A DNA stretch of 49,772 nt, from the NCBI RefSeq assembly GCF_000281045.1, contig NW_008246118.1, positions 315,850-365,621 on the forward strand. Reading direction: 5' to 3'. The notes under the pieces are model-generated. The model was not told the origin of the DNA, ran no database searches, and worked only from the letters and a program-made list of their open reading frames with translations. This document shows positions 1 through 12,686 of this stretch, piece after piece. The translations under genes and the position numbers were made by a program. Each line of letters starts with the position of its first letter. Position 1 is the stretch's first letter. This DNA comes from Saprolegnia diclina VS20. Its lineage: Eukaryota.

Positions 1-23
1 AGGTGGCCACGGAGGTCGAGCGC

Positions 24-1104
24 ATGGACGACTCGAACGACGACCCGTCGCCGGGCTTCTTCCGCGAGCACTACACGCTCGGCGGCGTCCTCGGCGAAGG
101 CAGCTACGCGATCGTCAAGAAGGCGCGGTCGCAGGCGACCGGAAAGCTCTGCGCCGTCAAGATCTTCAAGAAGGAGACGCTCTCGGCGCAGGACGACGCC
201 GACATCCTCTCCGAAGTCCGCATCTTGCGCAAGCTCAACCACCGCAACGTGCTCCGCCTCGTCGACTTTTACTCGGAGCCCAAGTACTACTACCTCGTGA
301 CCGAGTACGTCGAGGGCGGCGAGCTCTTTGAGCGGATCGCGCTCATGGTACGTTTGCTTGTCTTTGCATGTGGCTGCCTCACGCTACACCGCGACGTAGG
401 AGTACTACTCGGAGAAGGAGGCGCGCGACTTGGTCAAGACGCTCCTCGAAGCGATCGCGTACTGCCACAGCGTCGGCGTCGTCCACCGCGACCTCAAGCC
501 CGAGAACATCCTCATGACGTCCAAGGCCGACAACTCGGCCATCAAGATCGCGGACTTTGGCTTTGCCAAGCAGGACACGAACGGCCTCTCGACGACGTGC
601 GGGTCGCCCGAGTACGTGGCGCCCGAGATCATCTCGCGACCGGACGCGACGTACGGCAAGGCGGTCGACATTTGGTCGATTGGCGTCATCACGTACGTGC
701 TCCTCGCGGGCTACACGCCCTTCCACGACCCGAACCAGAACATCCTCTTTGACAACATCGTCAACGGCCGCTTCTACTTTTACGATCCGGACTGGAGCGA
801 GGTGTCGCAGGACGCCAAGGACTTTGTCTCGCGCGCGCTCGAACTCGACCCCAAGGTGCGGCCGACCGCGCTCGACCTGCTCCAGGACCCGTGGATCGTC
901 GGCCAGAACGTCTCGGCGCGCAACCTTGTCAGCGTCATGGAGAAGCTGCCGGACTTCAACAAGTCCCGGCGCAAGTTCAAGGCCGCGGTAACATGCAAAT
1001 AGCTCCGACTGCCATCTTCTCACGGACCGTTGAAGTAGGTCCAGGCCACGATGCTTGTCAACCACCTACGCGCGCGCGACTCGGACGTATCGAAAGATAT
1101 ATAA
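24..1104 (+). CDS. Ca2+/calmodulin-dependent protein kinase (CaMK1-like); exons ~24-347, 400-987, 1039-1104; may have an upstream exon outside the window
   Basis: Kinase motifs GEGSYAIV, AVK, HRDLKPEN, DFG, CGSPEYVAPE, DIWSIG. Removing GT-AG introns 348-399 and 988-1038 joins the frames and gives a C-terminal CaM-binding-like RRKFKAAVQATMLVNHL. The frame is open back to position 3. Confidence 0.9.
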
Positions 1105-1226
1105 CTAGCCTTTTATAACTTGCTCGACTTCCTGTTGCATCGCGATTAGGGTTGCAGTTATTAGTGGCGTGCAATTAGCCACATCAAAACCTCCTGTTTA
1201 CGTCAACTCTGGAATTCGATCGTAGC

Positions 1227-4200
1227 ATGCTCCGCCAACGGGTCGGTCGTCGGTCGAGCCACTGGCGCGTCGTCCAGCTGCAGAAGGCAGCGATGAGCAC
1301 CGTGCAGATTGGTGGCATCTCGGTGCCCAAGGCCACGCCCAGCGTACGCTGCTTGCGTCGACCTTGCAGGACCACCCACATGCATGTAGGAACCGCACTT
1401 GGTGCCCCGAGGCTTTGTGCCCAGCACGCTCTCGCAGGTAATACAGTCCGTCTCCTTCAGCGTAAACTCATGGCGCTCGCAGGAGTCATTGCAGCATCTT
1501 CGCTGGATGCTCCAGAAGGACGTGCTTCAGCAAGACATGTTCCTCATCGGGTACGTCGCCGCAGCGTTCGGTGAACCACCTTGCTCCTGCGACAATGTAG
1601 CCCGCCCGGGCCGGCGCGCCGCCACCTCGCCTTGCAGTTTGCTGAGCTCTTGCAGCGCGAAGTCGAGTACGTGGCCATTTCGCAGGACACGACCGAGTCG
1701 GACCTCAAGCAGGTGCACCATGCCTCCACCCAAACATTGAGCTTATGGCGGCGGGTAGCGTCGCGAGATCTCGGCCGGCGCCGCCATCTTTACCGACCAA
1801 GCGCCTGTCCGCGCTGCCATGCACGGCCGGCTCCTTATCCTCGACGGTACGCTTCCGCAGCGTCGTTGGTCACTCATGGCTCGCAGGTCTCGAGAAGGCC
1901 GAGCGCAACGTGCTCCCGACGCTCAACAACCTCTTGGAGAACCGGTGGGCTCCATTTACTTCGCTATCCTATCGTTATTACTTGTATCTACAGAGAGATG
2001 GCGCTCGAAGACGGTCGGTTCCTCATGAAGGCCGAGAGGTAAGAGCCTGTTGTCTGTTGCACTCTATAATCGCCTGCAGCTACGACGCGCTGCTGGCGGG
2101 AGGCCATACGGCCGAGGCCCTGGCCGCGCAAAACCTCGTGCGCGTCGATCCCGCGTTCCGGGTCATTGCCCTCGGGCTGCCCGTGCCGCCGTTTCCTGGG
2201 CGAACGCTCGACCCGCCGCTGCGATCGCGCTTCCAGGCCCGGCGCATCTCGCCGCCGTCGCCGGGCGTGCGCCTCGAAACTCTCTTGGCGTCCGTGCCAT
2301 CTGCGTCGCTCCCGCTCACGGAGAAGCTCGTCGGGCTCCTCGAAGCCATCCATGTCGTCGAGGACATGACGACCCATGGCCAGCGGCCCCCGCACCTCGC
2401 TTCGATCGAGCATGTCGTCGCTGTCGCCTCGGCGTTTCCATCGTCGGCGTCCGTGCGGGACGCTCTCCGGCGCGTTTTCCCCATTGAGCTCTGGACCGAG
2501 CACAAGGACGCCATGGAGCGAGTGCTCGACGCCTTCTTCCCAGCAGCAGCATCGTCGTCGTCATCGACATCGCCGAGCTACGCGCTGACTGCGACGGCGC
2601 CGCATGTGGCGGACCTCGTCGTTGGCCAAGACCCCGCAATCTCGGTCGCGTGCGGCGCCTTGGGCCCGAACATGGCGCCGATGCCGGGCTACGTGGAGGC
2701 GCCGGCCTACCACGATGTGCTCACGACGATGCTGCAGGTGCGCTTGCTCGACGTCACAGAGCGACGAAGAAGATCTGCGTAGGACCATGCGCTCGGGAAA
2801 GACGTGTGCCTTCTCGGGCCCAAGGGCAGTGGCAAGTCGGGCTTGGCGCGGCTGTTTGCACACCGGCTCGGGTACCCGTCCGAGCTGTTCACGCTCTTCA
2901 AGGACATGACGTCGCGCGATCTGTACCAGCGCCGGGCGACCGACGACCACGGCAACACGTACTGGGAAGATAGCCCGCTCGTACGTTGACGTCGGTCGAA
3001 TCACAAGTGCTGAGAGACATGGTAGATGCACGCGGCCCGATACGGCCATGTCGCGATCCTCGACGGCGTCCATCGGCTCCACGGCGACACGCTGGCGACG
3101 CTCCAGCGCCTCATGCAGGACCGCGAGATCGACCTCGCGGACGGCGCCAAGTTCATTTCGGCCGACAAGTCGGACGGCGCAGTGCCCATCCACCCGGCCT
3201 TCCGCATCCTCTGCCTCGGCGACAGCACCGGCAAGGGCAAGTTCCCGTCCTGGCTCTCGTCCGAGAGTCTGGCCATGATGACCTTTGCGCACGCTCCGGC
3301 GCTGTCCCGCACCGAGCTGCAGCACATGCTCACGTCCCTGAGCCCGTCGCTGCCGGCCGCCGTCACCTCGTACGCCCAGCTTGATTTGCGTGTCGAATGA
3401 CGACGATGCGTAGGGTGCTCGTGGCCTTTTGGGACCAGGTGCAGGCGACGCCGGAGCTCTCACTCTCGCTGCGCCAGCTCCTGCGCATGGCCCGACGCCT
3501 CGATGCGTTCCCAGACACGGCCATGAATGACCTCGGCCCGGTCGTGCACGACACGATGATGACGACGTTTGTCGGCCCGAACTTGGCCAAGGCCATCCAC
3601 CGGGCGCTGGACGCGTGCTACACGCCGCCACCGTCGTCGGTCTCAGCAGCCTCTTCCAGTGGTACCTACCCCCAATCGCCCAAGCTATTCGATTTTCATG
3701 CAAATCGGTAGAGGACGGTCTCTCGATCACTGCGTCGGAGACGCGCTTGACGATCGGCAACGTGACGTACCCGATCCCGAAGGCGCCGACCCGGCCAGAG
3801 CTCGTGCCGCAGCCGCTGTACTACGACATCCCCAAGCACACGCGCGTGATGCAAAACGTGCTGCAGGTACCAAGGAGTCGACCTCTCTCAGATAGTACCG
3901 ATGAGGTGCTTAGGACATTGTGGCGGGGCAGCGCCACCTCTTGCTCATCGGCAACCAAGGCGTCGGGAAGAACAAGGTCGTCGACCGGCTCCTCCAGCTC
4001 ATGCGTCAGGAGCGCGAGTACATCCAGCTCCACCGCGATGTACGTCCTTTGGTTTCTTATCCAAACACGCTCGACGAGACGTAGACGACGGTGCAAACGC
4101 TGACGCTCGTGCCGTCGCTGGCCGAGGGCAAGATCACGTGGGAAGACTCGCCGTTGGTGCGCGCGGTCAAGGAAGGCCGGACGCTGGTCGTCGACGAGGC

Positions 4201-7200
4201 CGACAAGGCGCCGCTTGAAGTTGTGTGTGTGCTCAAGGGCCTCATCGAAGACGGCGAGATGCTGCTCGTACCCGCTCTTTCCGTCATCAAGAAGCGTCGG
4301 CAACATGCGCGTAGGGGGACGGCCGTCGCATTTTGGACCCGACCAAGGTCGCCACGGACGGCGTTGACGCCGACAAGACGATCCTCGTGCACCCCCACTT
4401 CCGCATGTGGGTGCTGGCCAACCGTCCGGGCTACCCGTTCCTTGGCAACAACCTCTTCTCGGAGATCGGCGACATCTTTGCGAGCCAGTACAGCCTCTAC
4501 CTCTGTCTACATAGAAACTCAAGCTACGTAGCTCGATCGACAACCCGGACGCGGCCTCCGAGCTCGCGCTGCTGCGGGCGTACGCGCCGAGCGTTCCGGT
4601 CGACGTGCTCGAGCGTCTCTGCGCGGCGTTCGCTGAGCTCCGGCAACTCGTCGACGACGGCGCCATCACGTATCCGTACTCGACGCGCGAAGCTGTCGCG
4701 GTCGCCAAGCACCTGCAGACGTTCCCGGGCGACGGCGTGACCGACACGCTTGAGAACGTCTTGGCGTTTGACGCGTACGACCCCAACTTGCGCCAATTGC
4801 TCGCCGCCGTCTTCCTCCGGTACGTCTCTCTCTGTCACGCCCATGCTTAGACTGTCGGTAGCCATGGCCTCTAAGTTGGATATGCTGCTAATACACATTG
4901 CGATCCTAGTCATGGCATCCCTCTCTCATCACACGCCTCGGCGCGACGCACGGTTGCGATCGAGGTGGCGCCGTCGACGCCACTGCCACCGCGCACCAAG
5001 GTCGACTCGTGGCAGCGGGTAGCGTCGACGCAGCTGCCATTGGAGCGCAAGCCGCTCAAGACGCGACGCGTGTACATTGAGCCGCCGACGTCGCGCACCT
5101 TTGGCGTCGAGTACCACCGGCGCGAGATCTTTACCGAGCAAGTCGCGTCCTGGACGGTGCCGCTGAGCGCGCACCAAGTGGCCACGTCCCTCGCCGTGCT
5201 GCCGTCGACCTCGGTGCACGGTATAGCTACTGACTTTGCAGACGTTTTTTGCAACGATCAACTAGTGGCGACCGCGCAGCCGCTCGGGATCCACTCGTAC
5301 TTTGGCACCGACCGGTACACAATCGATGGAGGTGGCGACGCTGATGGTGCGAAGTAGAAAACACCTCTACACGGAGCTCGAAGACAGTTATGGCTACACG
5401 CGCAGCACGTCGCCGCGCATTTACCCGTACCGGAAGGACCTCGTCCTCCACGTGCCCAGCGCAGGTACCCTTGATCGACCCACCACCGGCGCGTCACACG
5501 AAGGGCAGATTTGATCTTGGTCCTCTCGGAGAATCACGTGGTGCGCCAGTCGTACGCTGTGCCGTCGTTGAGCCAGAAGCGGTCGTCGCGCACCATGTTT
5601 CAGTGGACGCAAGGTACTATACATTGTTTCTTTTATTACTATATACCGTTTGTCGCTAGACCGGACCGAGACACAGGCCGTGGTGGACGCCGTCGACGAC
5701 AAGATCGTGCTCTTCCAGGCTGGGACGCCGACGCTTCAGATCGTCGACTTGAACGACGAGTCGACGACGGTCGTGACGACGCCGGCGCCTGTGGCGGCTG
5801 TGCACCTCTCGCCCGACGCTGGCGTCTACCGCGTCCACTACACGGATGACGACACCAACGTGTACCTTGTCGACGCGACCGCGGGCCGCCACGTGACGCA
5901 GCATAAGCTGTCGACGAAGGCCTCGTACGCTTTGTCGACGCCGCCGACGTGTCGCGATGACACGCAGCTCCTCGCGCACCCGGCGGCCGCCTATCAACAA
6001 CTTGTGACCTCGGACGACGGAGGCATCGTGGATGTCTACTCGGTACCGCGCCCCTTTGGCGATGACGGCGAGCGCGTCACCTCGGCGGTCTTGGACAGTC
6101 CGCGCCTCGTCACGAGTCGTGGCGGCGCGCCGTCGCTGAGCGTCGTGGACGTGGAGTCCGAGACGAGCAAGGACATTCTGGTCGCGACAGAGACCCGTCC
6201 CAAGACCAAGAAGACCAAGTCGAACGGTATTGTGGCCGTCGCCGCGTTGCCGGATGGTGACGTCCTCACGCTGCAGTCGCGCGGTGATCTGCGGCGGTGG
6301 CAGCTGGACCCGACGGCGCTCGCAAAGGATCTGGCGAGCTGGAAGTACATGTTTGATCACGACACGCTCGCCGGCGTCGTGACGCCGCTCGAACTCCAGG
6401 ACGGCGGCGGCGCGTCGACGCCCAAGACCGATGCCAGTATGCCCAAGTACGGCAAAGACGACCCGGACAACACCCCCCACGTACACACGTGTTGAATGGC
6501 GCTCGGTTATATGTGGCCATAGGTCGGTGGCAACACGTGGGCGGGCGGCACCGGCGGCTCGGACACAGCCGGGCTCGGCGGCCGCGGGGGCCCCTACCGC
6601 CTGGACAAGGGCCACAAGGTGCACCAAGTGTCGCAAGCCAAGAAAGACGAGGTGAGCGCCGAAGCCCGCGCAAAGGCCAAGGCCATGGCCGACGCCGCGC
6701 TGCAGCAGAAGCTCAAGGACATTGACATGACGGGCGGCGAGTGGCAAGCGTACCAAAAGGTATCGCGTCGGCTGATTCGAGTACTGACCCGCGTACGAGT
6801 AGTACCTCGGCCGCATCGAGCAAGAGACAGACCAGCTGCGCAGTGTCTTGAGCAACCTCGAAGCCATCGAGAAGGAGCGCGGGTGGCTCAAGCACCAGTC
6901 GAGCGGCGAGTGGGATGATGCCAAGCTCGTCGACGGCATCGCGGGCGACCGCAACGTCTTCAAGCGGCGCGGCGTCGCCGACACGCCCGACGGTCTCCAC
7001 CTCGCGCCGCTCAAGAAGCGCATGCTCTTCGTCATGGACGTCTCTGGCAGCATGTACCGCTTCAACGGCCAAGACATATCCTTTTCCACTCCGTCTTTCT
7101 GACTTGACACATTGATACTTGCCTTGACGTTATTCGTACGGACGTTTAGAGCGCATGCTCGAGACGACGATGATGGTGATGGAGGCCTTTGCCGGCTTCG

Positions 7201-7702
7201 AAGCCAAGGTCGAGTACGCCATCATGGGCCACAGCGGCGACGCGCCCGCGATCCCCTTTGTCGCCTTCAACGAGCCGCCCGCCGACCGCAAGCAGCGCCT
7301 CCAGGTCCAAACCCTCTGACGTTGCCCTTGCTCTTACGATTCGAAATGCAGGTGCTGCAAAAGATGCTGGCGCACTCGCAGTACTGCAGCAGCGGGGACC
7401 ACACGGTGCACGCGATCCACGACGCGGTGCGCAGCGTCACCAACGCGGACGGCGACGAGTACTTTGTGTTTGTCGTAAGCGACGCCAACCTCGACCGGTA
7501 CGGCATCCACCCCAAAGTCCTCGGGCGAGAGCTCGCCGCCGACAGCCGCGTCAACGCCCACGCCATCTTCATCGCGTCCTTTGCCGACGAAGCGACTCGC
7601 ATCCTCTCGCACCTCCCGCCGGGCCACGGCCACGTCTGCCTCGACACGTCGGACCTCCCGCGCGTCTTCAAGCGCATCTTTACGTCGTCGCTGCAAAAGT
7701 GA
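1227..7702 (+). CDS. VWA8: von Willebrand factor A domain-containing protein 8 (multi-AAA ATPase + C-terminal vWA), >20 introns, probable mitochondrial presequence
   Basis: Walker A GPKGSGKS and GNQGVGKNK, VDEADKAP, LANRPGYPFLGN, Gly-rich HVGGNTWAGGTGGSDTAGLGGRGGPYRLD, vWA MIDAS DVSGS then MYRFNGQD|GRLERM, VVSDANLDRYGI. Arg-rich, acid-free N-terminus. Confidence 0.92.
7076..7139 (+). other. U12-type (minor spliceosome) AT-AC intron in VWA8, 64 nt
   Basis: 5' splice site ATATCCTTTT (U12 consensus RTATCCTTT), branch site TGCCTTGAC at 7120-7128, terminal AC at 7138-7139. Removal restores NGQD|GRLERMLE in frame. Confidence 0.92.
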
Positions 7703-7919
7703 CCAGTCGAGAGCGCAGTACCAGACGCACAACTAGATTCGTAACTAGACGATGGACTGGTTTGGTTGATGCCAGTCAGCAGCCGAGCCTGTCGTTATCA
7801 CAAGGTGGTCGAACTGGCGCCAGGTCTACACCTCGTCGCTGATTGGTCATAATGTTTTGAATGGACCAATGGCATCGCGGCGTGCCACTGAATCGTTCGT
7901 CGTCGTGAGTCAGTTGATC

Positions 7920-9170
7920 ATGGGCTGCGTCCTCACGACGTGCAGCGGGAGCAGCGACCCGCCGGCGAACGGCTTCCGCCAGCAGTACCTCCTCGGCGAG
8001 AAGATCGGCGAAGGCGCCTTCAGCGTCGTGCGCAAGGCCATCGAGAAGTCGTCCGGCAAAACGGTCGCGGTCAAATGCTTCCGCAAGGCCAAGCTCTCGG
8101 AGCAGGATGTCAAGGACATTTACCTCGAGGTCGACCTCCTCAAGCAGATGCACCACCCGCACGTGCTCAACCTCCACGCGTTCTTTGACGAGGCCGAGTA
8201 CTACTACACGGTCATGGACCTCGTCGAAGGCGGCGAGCTCTTTGATCGCATCGTCGAAAAGGTCATTGTATCCCGTCGTTCGCCGGCGACAGCTCACGCG
8301 TGTATAGGAGTACTACACGGAGAAGGAGTGCCGGGACCTGATCAAGATCCTCCTCGAGACCATCCAGTACTGCCATGGTCTCGGCATCGTCCATCGCGAC
8401 CTCAAGGTACCCGCATCGCCGAGGAGTTCGTCTGACGATGGCGACGTAGCCCGACAACATCTTGATGACGAGCCGGGACGACGACGCGTCGATCAAGATT
8501 GCTGACTTTGGCCTCGCCAAGCAAGACGCGATGGAGAACAACATGATCTCGTCCTGCGGCACGCCCGAGTACTTCAGACTTGCGCTTCTGTTCTAGCTGC
8601 TCATCGGGCGTTGTAGGTACATTGCGCCCGAGATTGCGCGCAACGTCTTCTCCAAGGAGAAGACGCCGTACGGCAAGGCGGTCGACATTTGGTCGATCGG
8701 CGTCATCACCTACGTGCTGCTCTGCGGCTACACGCCCTTCCACGCCAACAACCAAGTGCAGCTCTTCCGCAAGATCCTCAAGGGCCACGTCGAGTTCAAC
8801 TCGCCGTACTGGGACGACATCTCGGCGGACGCCAAGCACTTTGTCTCCAAGATGCTCGTCGTCGACCCGACCAAGCGGTAGTCATCAGCACCAACGCAAG
8901 CATCGCTCAAACGCACCCTTGGCAATAGGGCGACGGCGGCGCAGCTGCTTGAAGACCCGTGGGTCGTCGGCCAAGACGTCTCGGACGCGCAGCTGCCAGG
9001 CGTCATCAAGCGCATGAACTCGCGCCGCCGCCTCAAGGCTGCGATGGCCACGGTACGAGGCCGTGCCAGCTCTGGACGCAGATGAAGCTTGGATGCTACT
9101 CTAGGTGCACAGCACGATCGCGCTCTCCAAGGCCATCGGCAAGGGCAGCGAGAAGGCCACGGTCGCGTAG
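7920..9170 (+). CDS. CaMK1-like protein kinase paralog, 6 exons, N-terminal MGC acylation motif
   Basis: [39 protein letters not shown]-terminal [21 protein letters not shown] introns 8262-8307, 8407-8449, 8569-8616, ~8878-8928, ~9053-9104. Confidence 0.9.
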
Positions 9171-9383
9171 GCAGACGTAAGATGGCACTAATGCATGTCG
9201 GCTTGAGTGAGTTCTTAGCGCTGACTTTGCCGATTTCGGGATCTTTGACCATCATTCGGACTTGGACCTCTCAGAATGCATACACCAATGTATCGAATGG
9301 CAGAGGTGTTTTGCGGGCAGCCCCATATTGGTTTGTATCCTCGCAGCAAAGGAACGAAGAGTATGTTGGCCGTCGCAACCCCG

Positions 9384-12373
9384 ATGGCGCCGAAAGCCAG
9401 CACAGGTACCGACCGCTGCCGATGCTAGCGCCTGCATGGCGGCCTCGCCTGCGTGGGCGGCGAGGGCCCGTGCCGGCCATGGCCTTGGCGACGACATGGA
9501 TCTTATGGACGTGCTTCGTAGCCTCGGGCATCTTGGCCTTACTCGAAGAGCAAGACGACGTGCTTCGCGTACGATGACCCATCGATATGGCTCCCAGCAC
9601 TCATGGCCATGGCTAGGCGCACGCGCTCCAGAAGCTTCACGACGTCGTGGACCATTACTGGGCGGAGATCGCGGACGCTGTTCCGCTCATCGAAAGTCTC
9701 TCGGAAGAAGATGCGTTCCCGCACCGCGAGCTGGCAGCGTCGGTCGCGTCCAAGTGCTTCTTTCATCTCGAGGAATACCACGACGCGCTCCGCTTGGCCC
9801 TCGGCGCCGGCAAGTACTTTGACGTCAACAGCTCGTCGCCCTACACAGAAACCATCATTGGTACGTTGGTCGCCTGCGCCTTTGATTCGCTGACCTGTAT
9901 GCTAGCGACGTGCATTGACGAGTACATTGCCATCCGCACGAGCGCGGACCCAGCGCCGCTGGACCCGCGCCTCCAGGCGATTGTAGAGCAGATGTTTGAC
10001 CGGTGCTACGCGTCGGGCACGTACAAGCAGGCGCTTGGCGTCGCCCTCGAAGCGCGCCGCCTCGACAAGGTCGACGAGAGTCTGCGCAAGTCGTCGGACG
10101 TGAGCGCGATGCTGTCGTACTGCTTTGAGATTTGCCGCACGATGGTGACGAACCGCGCGTTCCGCCTCCAGGTCATCAACGTCATGGTCGAGGTGTACAA
10201 CTCGCTGCCTGTGCCCGAGTACTCGAACGTGAGCCAGTGTTTGCAGCTGCTCGACAAGCACGGCGACGTGGCCGCGCTCCTCGTCTCGCTCGTGCAGCCG
10301 GCCAAGGCGCTCGACGACGCGCTCGTCGCGTACCAGGTCGCATTCGACTTGGCGGCCAACGACAACCAAAAGTTCCTCACGAGTGTGCTCGGCGCGCTTC
10401 CGGAGGACGCGGCGAACGACCGTCTCTCGACGCTGCGCAAGATCCTCCAGGGCGACTTCTCGGTCGACCTCTTCCTCGACTTTATGTTCCGGCAGTCGGA
10501 CGCCGACCCGCTCGTGATGAAGAACATCAAGGTCGCAGTCGAGAACCGCAACTCGGTCTTGCACAACGCGGCGGTGTGCAGCCACGCGCTCATGCACTGC
10601 GGCACGACCGTCGACACGTTCTTGCGCGAGAACCTCGACTGGCTCGGGAAGGCCTCCAATTGGGCCAAGTTCACGGCCACGGCCAGCATCGGCGTCATCC
10701 ACAAGGGCCATACGCGCGAGAGCATGAACCTCCTCGCGCCGTACCTGCCATCGACGCCCGGCGTGCCGTCGCCGACCTCCAACCCGTACTCGGAGGGCGG
10801 CGCGCTCTACGCGCTCGGCCTTATCCACGCCAACAAGGGCTCGTCGACGACGCTCGAGTACCTCCGCGCGGCGCTGCGCAGCTCGGGCACGGACGAGGTC
10901 GTGCAGCACGGCGCGTGCCTCGGTATCGGCCTCGTAGGCATGGCCACGGCCAACCCCGAGATCTACGAGGAGCTCAAGAACATCCTCTTCACGGACAATG
11001 CGGTCGCGGGCGAGGGCGCGGGCCTCGCGATCGGCCTCGTGCACTGCGGTGCGGGCGACACGCCGGTGGGCGGCGACATGATCAAGGAGCTCTTGAGCTA
11101 CGCGCACGACACCAAGCACGAGAAGATCATCCGCGGCGCGGTCATGGGCATCGCGCTCATGCTCTACGGCCGCGAAGAGCACGCCGAGGCGGTGATTGAG
11201 CAGCTCACGCGCGACAAGGACCCGATCGTGCGCTACGGCGGCGTCTACACGATCGCGATGGCGTACGTCGGCACGGCCAACAACCAGGCCGTCAAGCGTC
11301 TTTTGCACATTGCCGTGAGCGACGTGAGCGACGACGTGCGCCGCGCGGCGGTCACGTGCCTCGGCTTTGTGCTCTTCCGCACGCCGGCGCAGGTCCCCAA
11401 GCTCGTCTCGCTCCTCGCCGAGAGCTTTAACCCCCACGTGCGCTACGGCGCGTGCATCGCCGTCGGCATCGCGTGCGCCGGCACCTTCAAGAACGAAGCG
11501 ATCCAGCTGCTCGAGCCCATGCTCGACGACGCGGTCGACTATGTGCGCCAGGGCGCGCTCTTCGCGCTCGCGATGGTCGTCATGCAAGAGTCGGACGGGC
11601 GGTCGCCCAAGGTCAAGGAGATCACGGAGAAGATGCGCAAGCTCACGTCGGACAAGCACGTGACGACGATGACCAAGATGGGCGCGGTCCTCGCGCAGGG
11701 TCTGCTCGACGCCGGTGGCCGCAACGTTGCGATTTCGCTCCAGTCGCACACGGGCTTCACAAAGATGTCGTCGGTCGTCGGCCTTGCGCTCTGGGCGCAG
11801 CACTGGTTCTGGTACCCGCTGCACCACTTTATCGAGCTCGCGTTCCAGCCGACGGTCGCGATCGGCCTCAACAAGGACCTCAAGATGCCCACGTCGTTTG
11901 GGTTGACGTGCAGCACGAAGCCGTCGGCGTTCGCATACCCCAAGCGCCTTGAGGAGAAGAAGGAGGAGAAGAAGGAGCTTGTCGCGACCGCGATCCTCTC
12001 GACGACCGCCAAGGCCAAGGCGCGTCTCGCCAAGCAGGAGGCCAAGGAGGCCGCGCCGGTCGCGGAAGACAAGCCCGACGAGGAGATGGCGGCGCCGGCC
12101 CCGAAAAAGGTCAAGGAGCCGACGTCGTTTACGCTCAAGAACCCGGCGCGCGTGACGCTCGCGCAGGAGCAGCACCTCGCGTTCGACTGGAGCCAGCGCT
12201 ACGTGCCGGTGGTCGCCACGCGCCGGCCCGCGGGCATCATCATTCTCAAGGACCGGACGCCGACCGACGCCGAGGTGGTGGTGGCGGTACAGGCGCCGTC
12301 GCAAGGCAGCGCGGGGGCCGAAGAGGAGGCCGAGCCGCCGGCGCCGTTCGAGTGGGAGCCGCCGGCTCCGTAA
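9384..12373 (+). CDS. RPN2: 26S proteasome regulatory subunit Rpn2/PSMD1 (alternative in-frame ATG at 9363)
   Basis: Spliced N-terminus MAPKAST|ASGILALLEE..HALQKLHDVVDHYWAEI, NWAKFTATASIGVIH, YSEGGALYALGLIHAN, PC repeats, C-terminal EPPAPFEW. Introns 9406-9521, ~9569-9616, 9861-9905. Confidence 0.95.
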
Positions 12374-12686
12374 AGCGACGAGGCGAATGATGTCGACCGT
12401 CGGGTTTATATGAAATGCTGATCAACATGGGTTACTTTTGTCCTTGCCTCTAGTCTACTCTTCTGTAGTACATCCGTTACAAACTAAATCTTCGAAAAGA
12501 CAACTGGTGCATTCTCAGAAGACAACTGTGTACATTCTCCGTCGGTTATAACAAGGGTATATAAGAGATGAGACGACTACCCTGTTAAATCGAAGAACGA
12601 GAAGGGAGAAGGAGGAAGTTCGATATGACGGGGCGATCTTGAGCGGTGCCATCATCCGCCGCCGGTTTGAACGACGCCCTCCTCTC

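Noticed and set aside
1227..7702. Fragmented ORFs suggesting a pseudogene or programmed frameshifting in VWA8
   Set aside because: The breaks I traced resolve as short GT-AG introns plus the one AT-AC intron.
9902..12304. 800-aa antisense ORF over Rpn2, and similar ones at 15814-18324, 19303-20823, 23607-25277, 25857-27536 and 12639-14258
   Set aside because: Shadow ORFs caused by strong GC3 codon bias on the opposite coding strand; no recognisable motifs.
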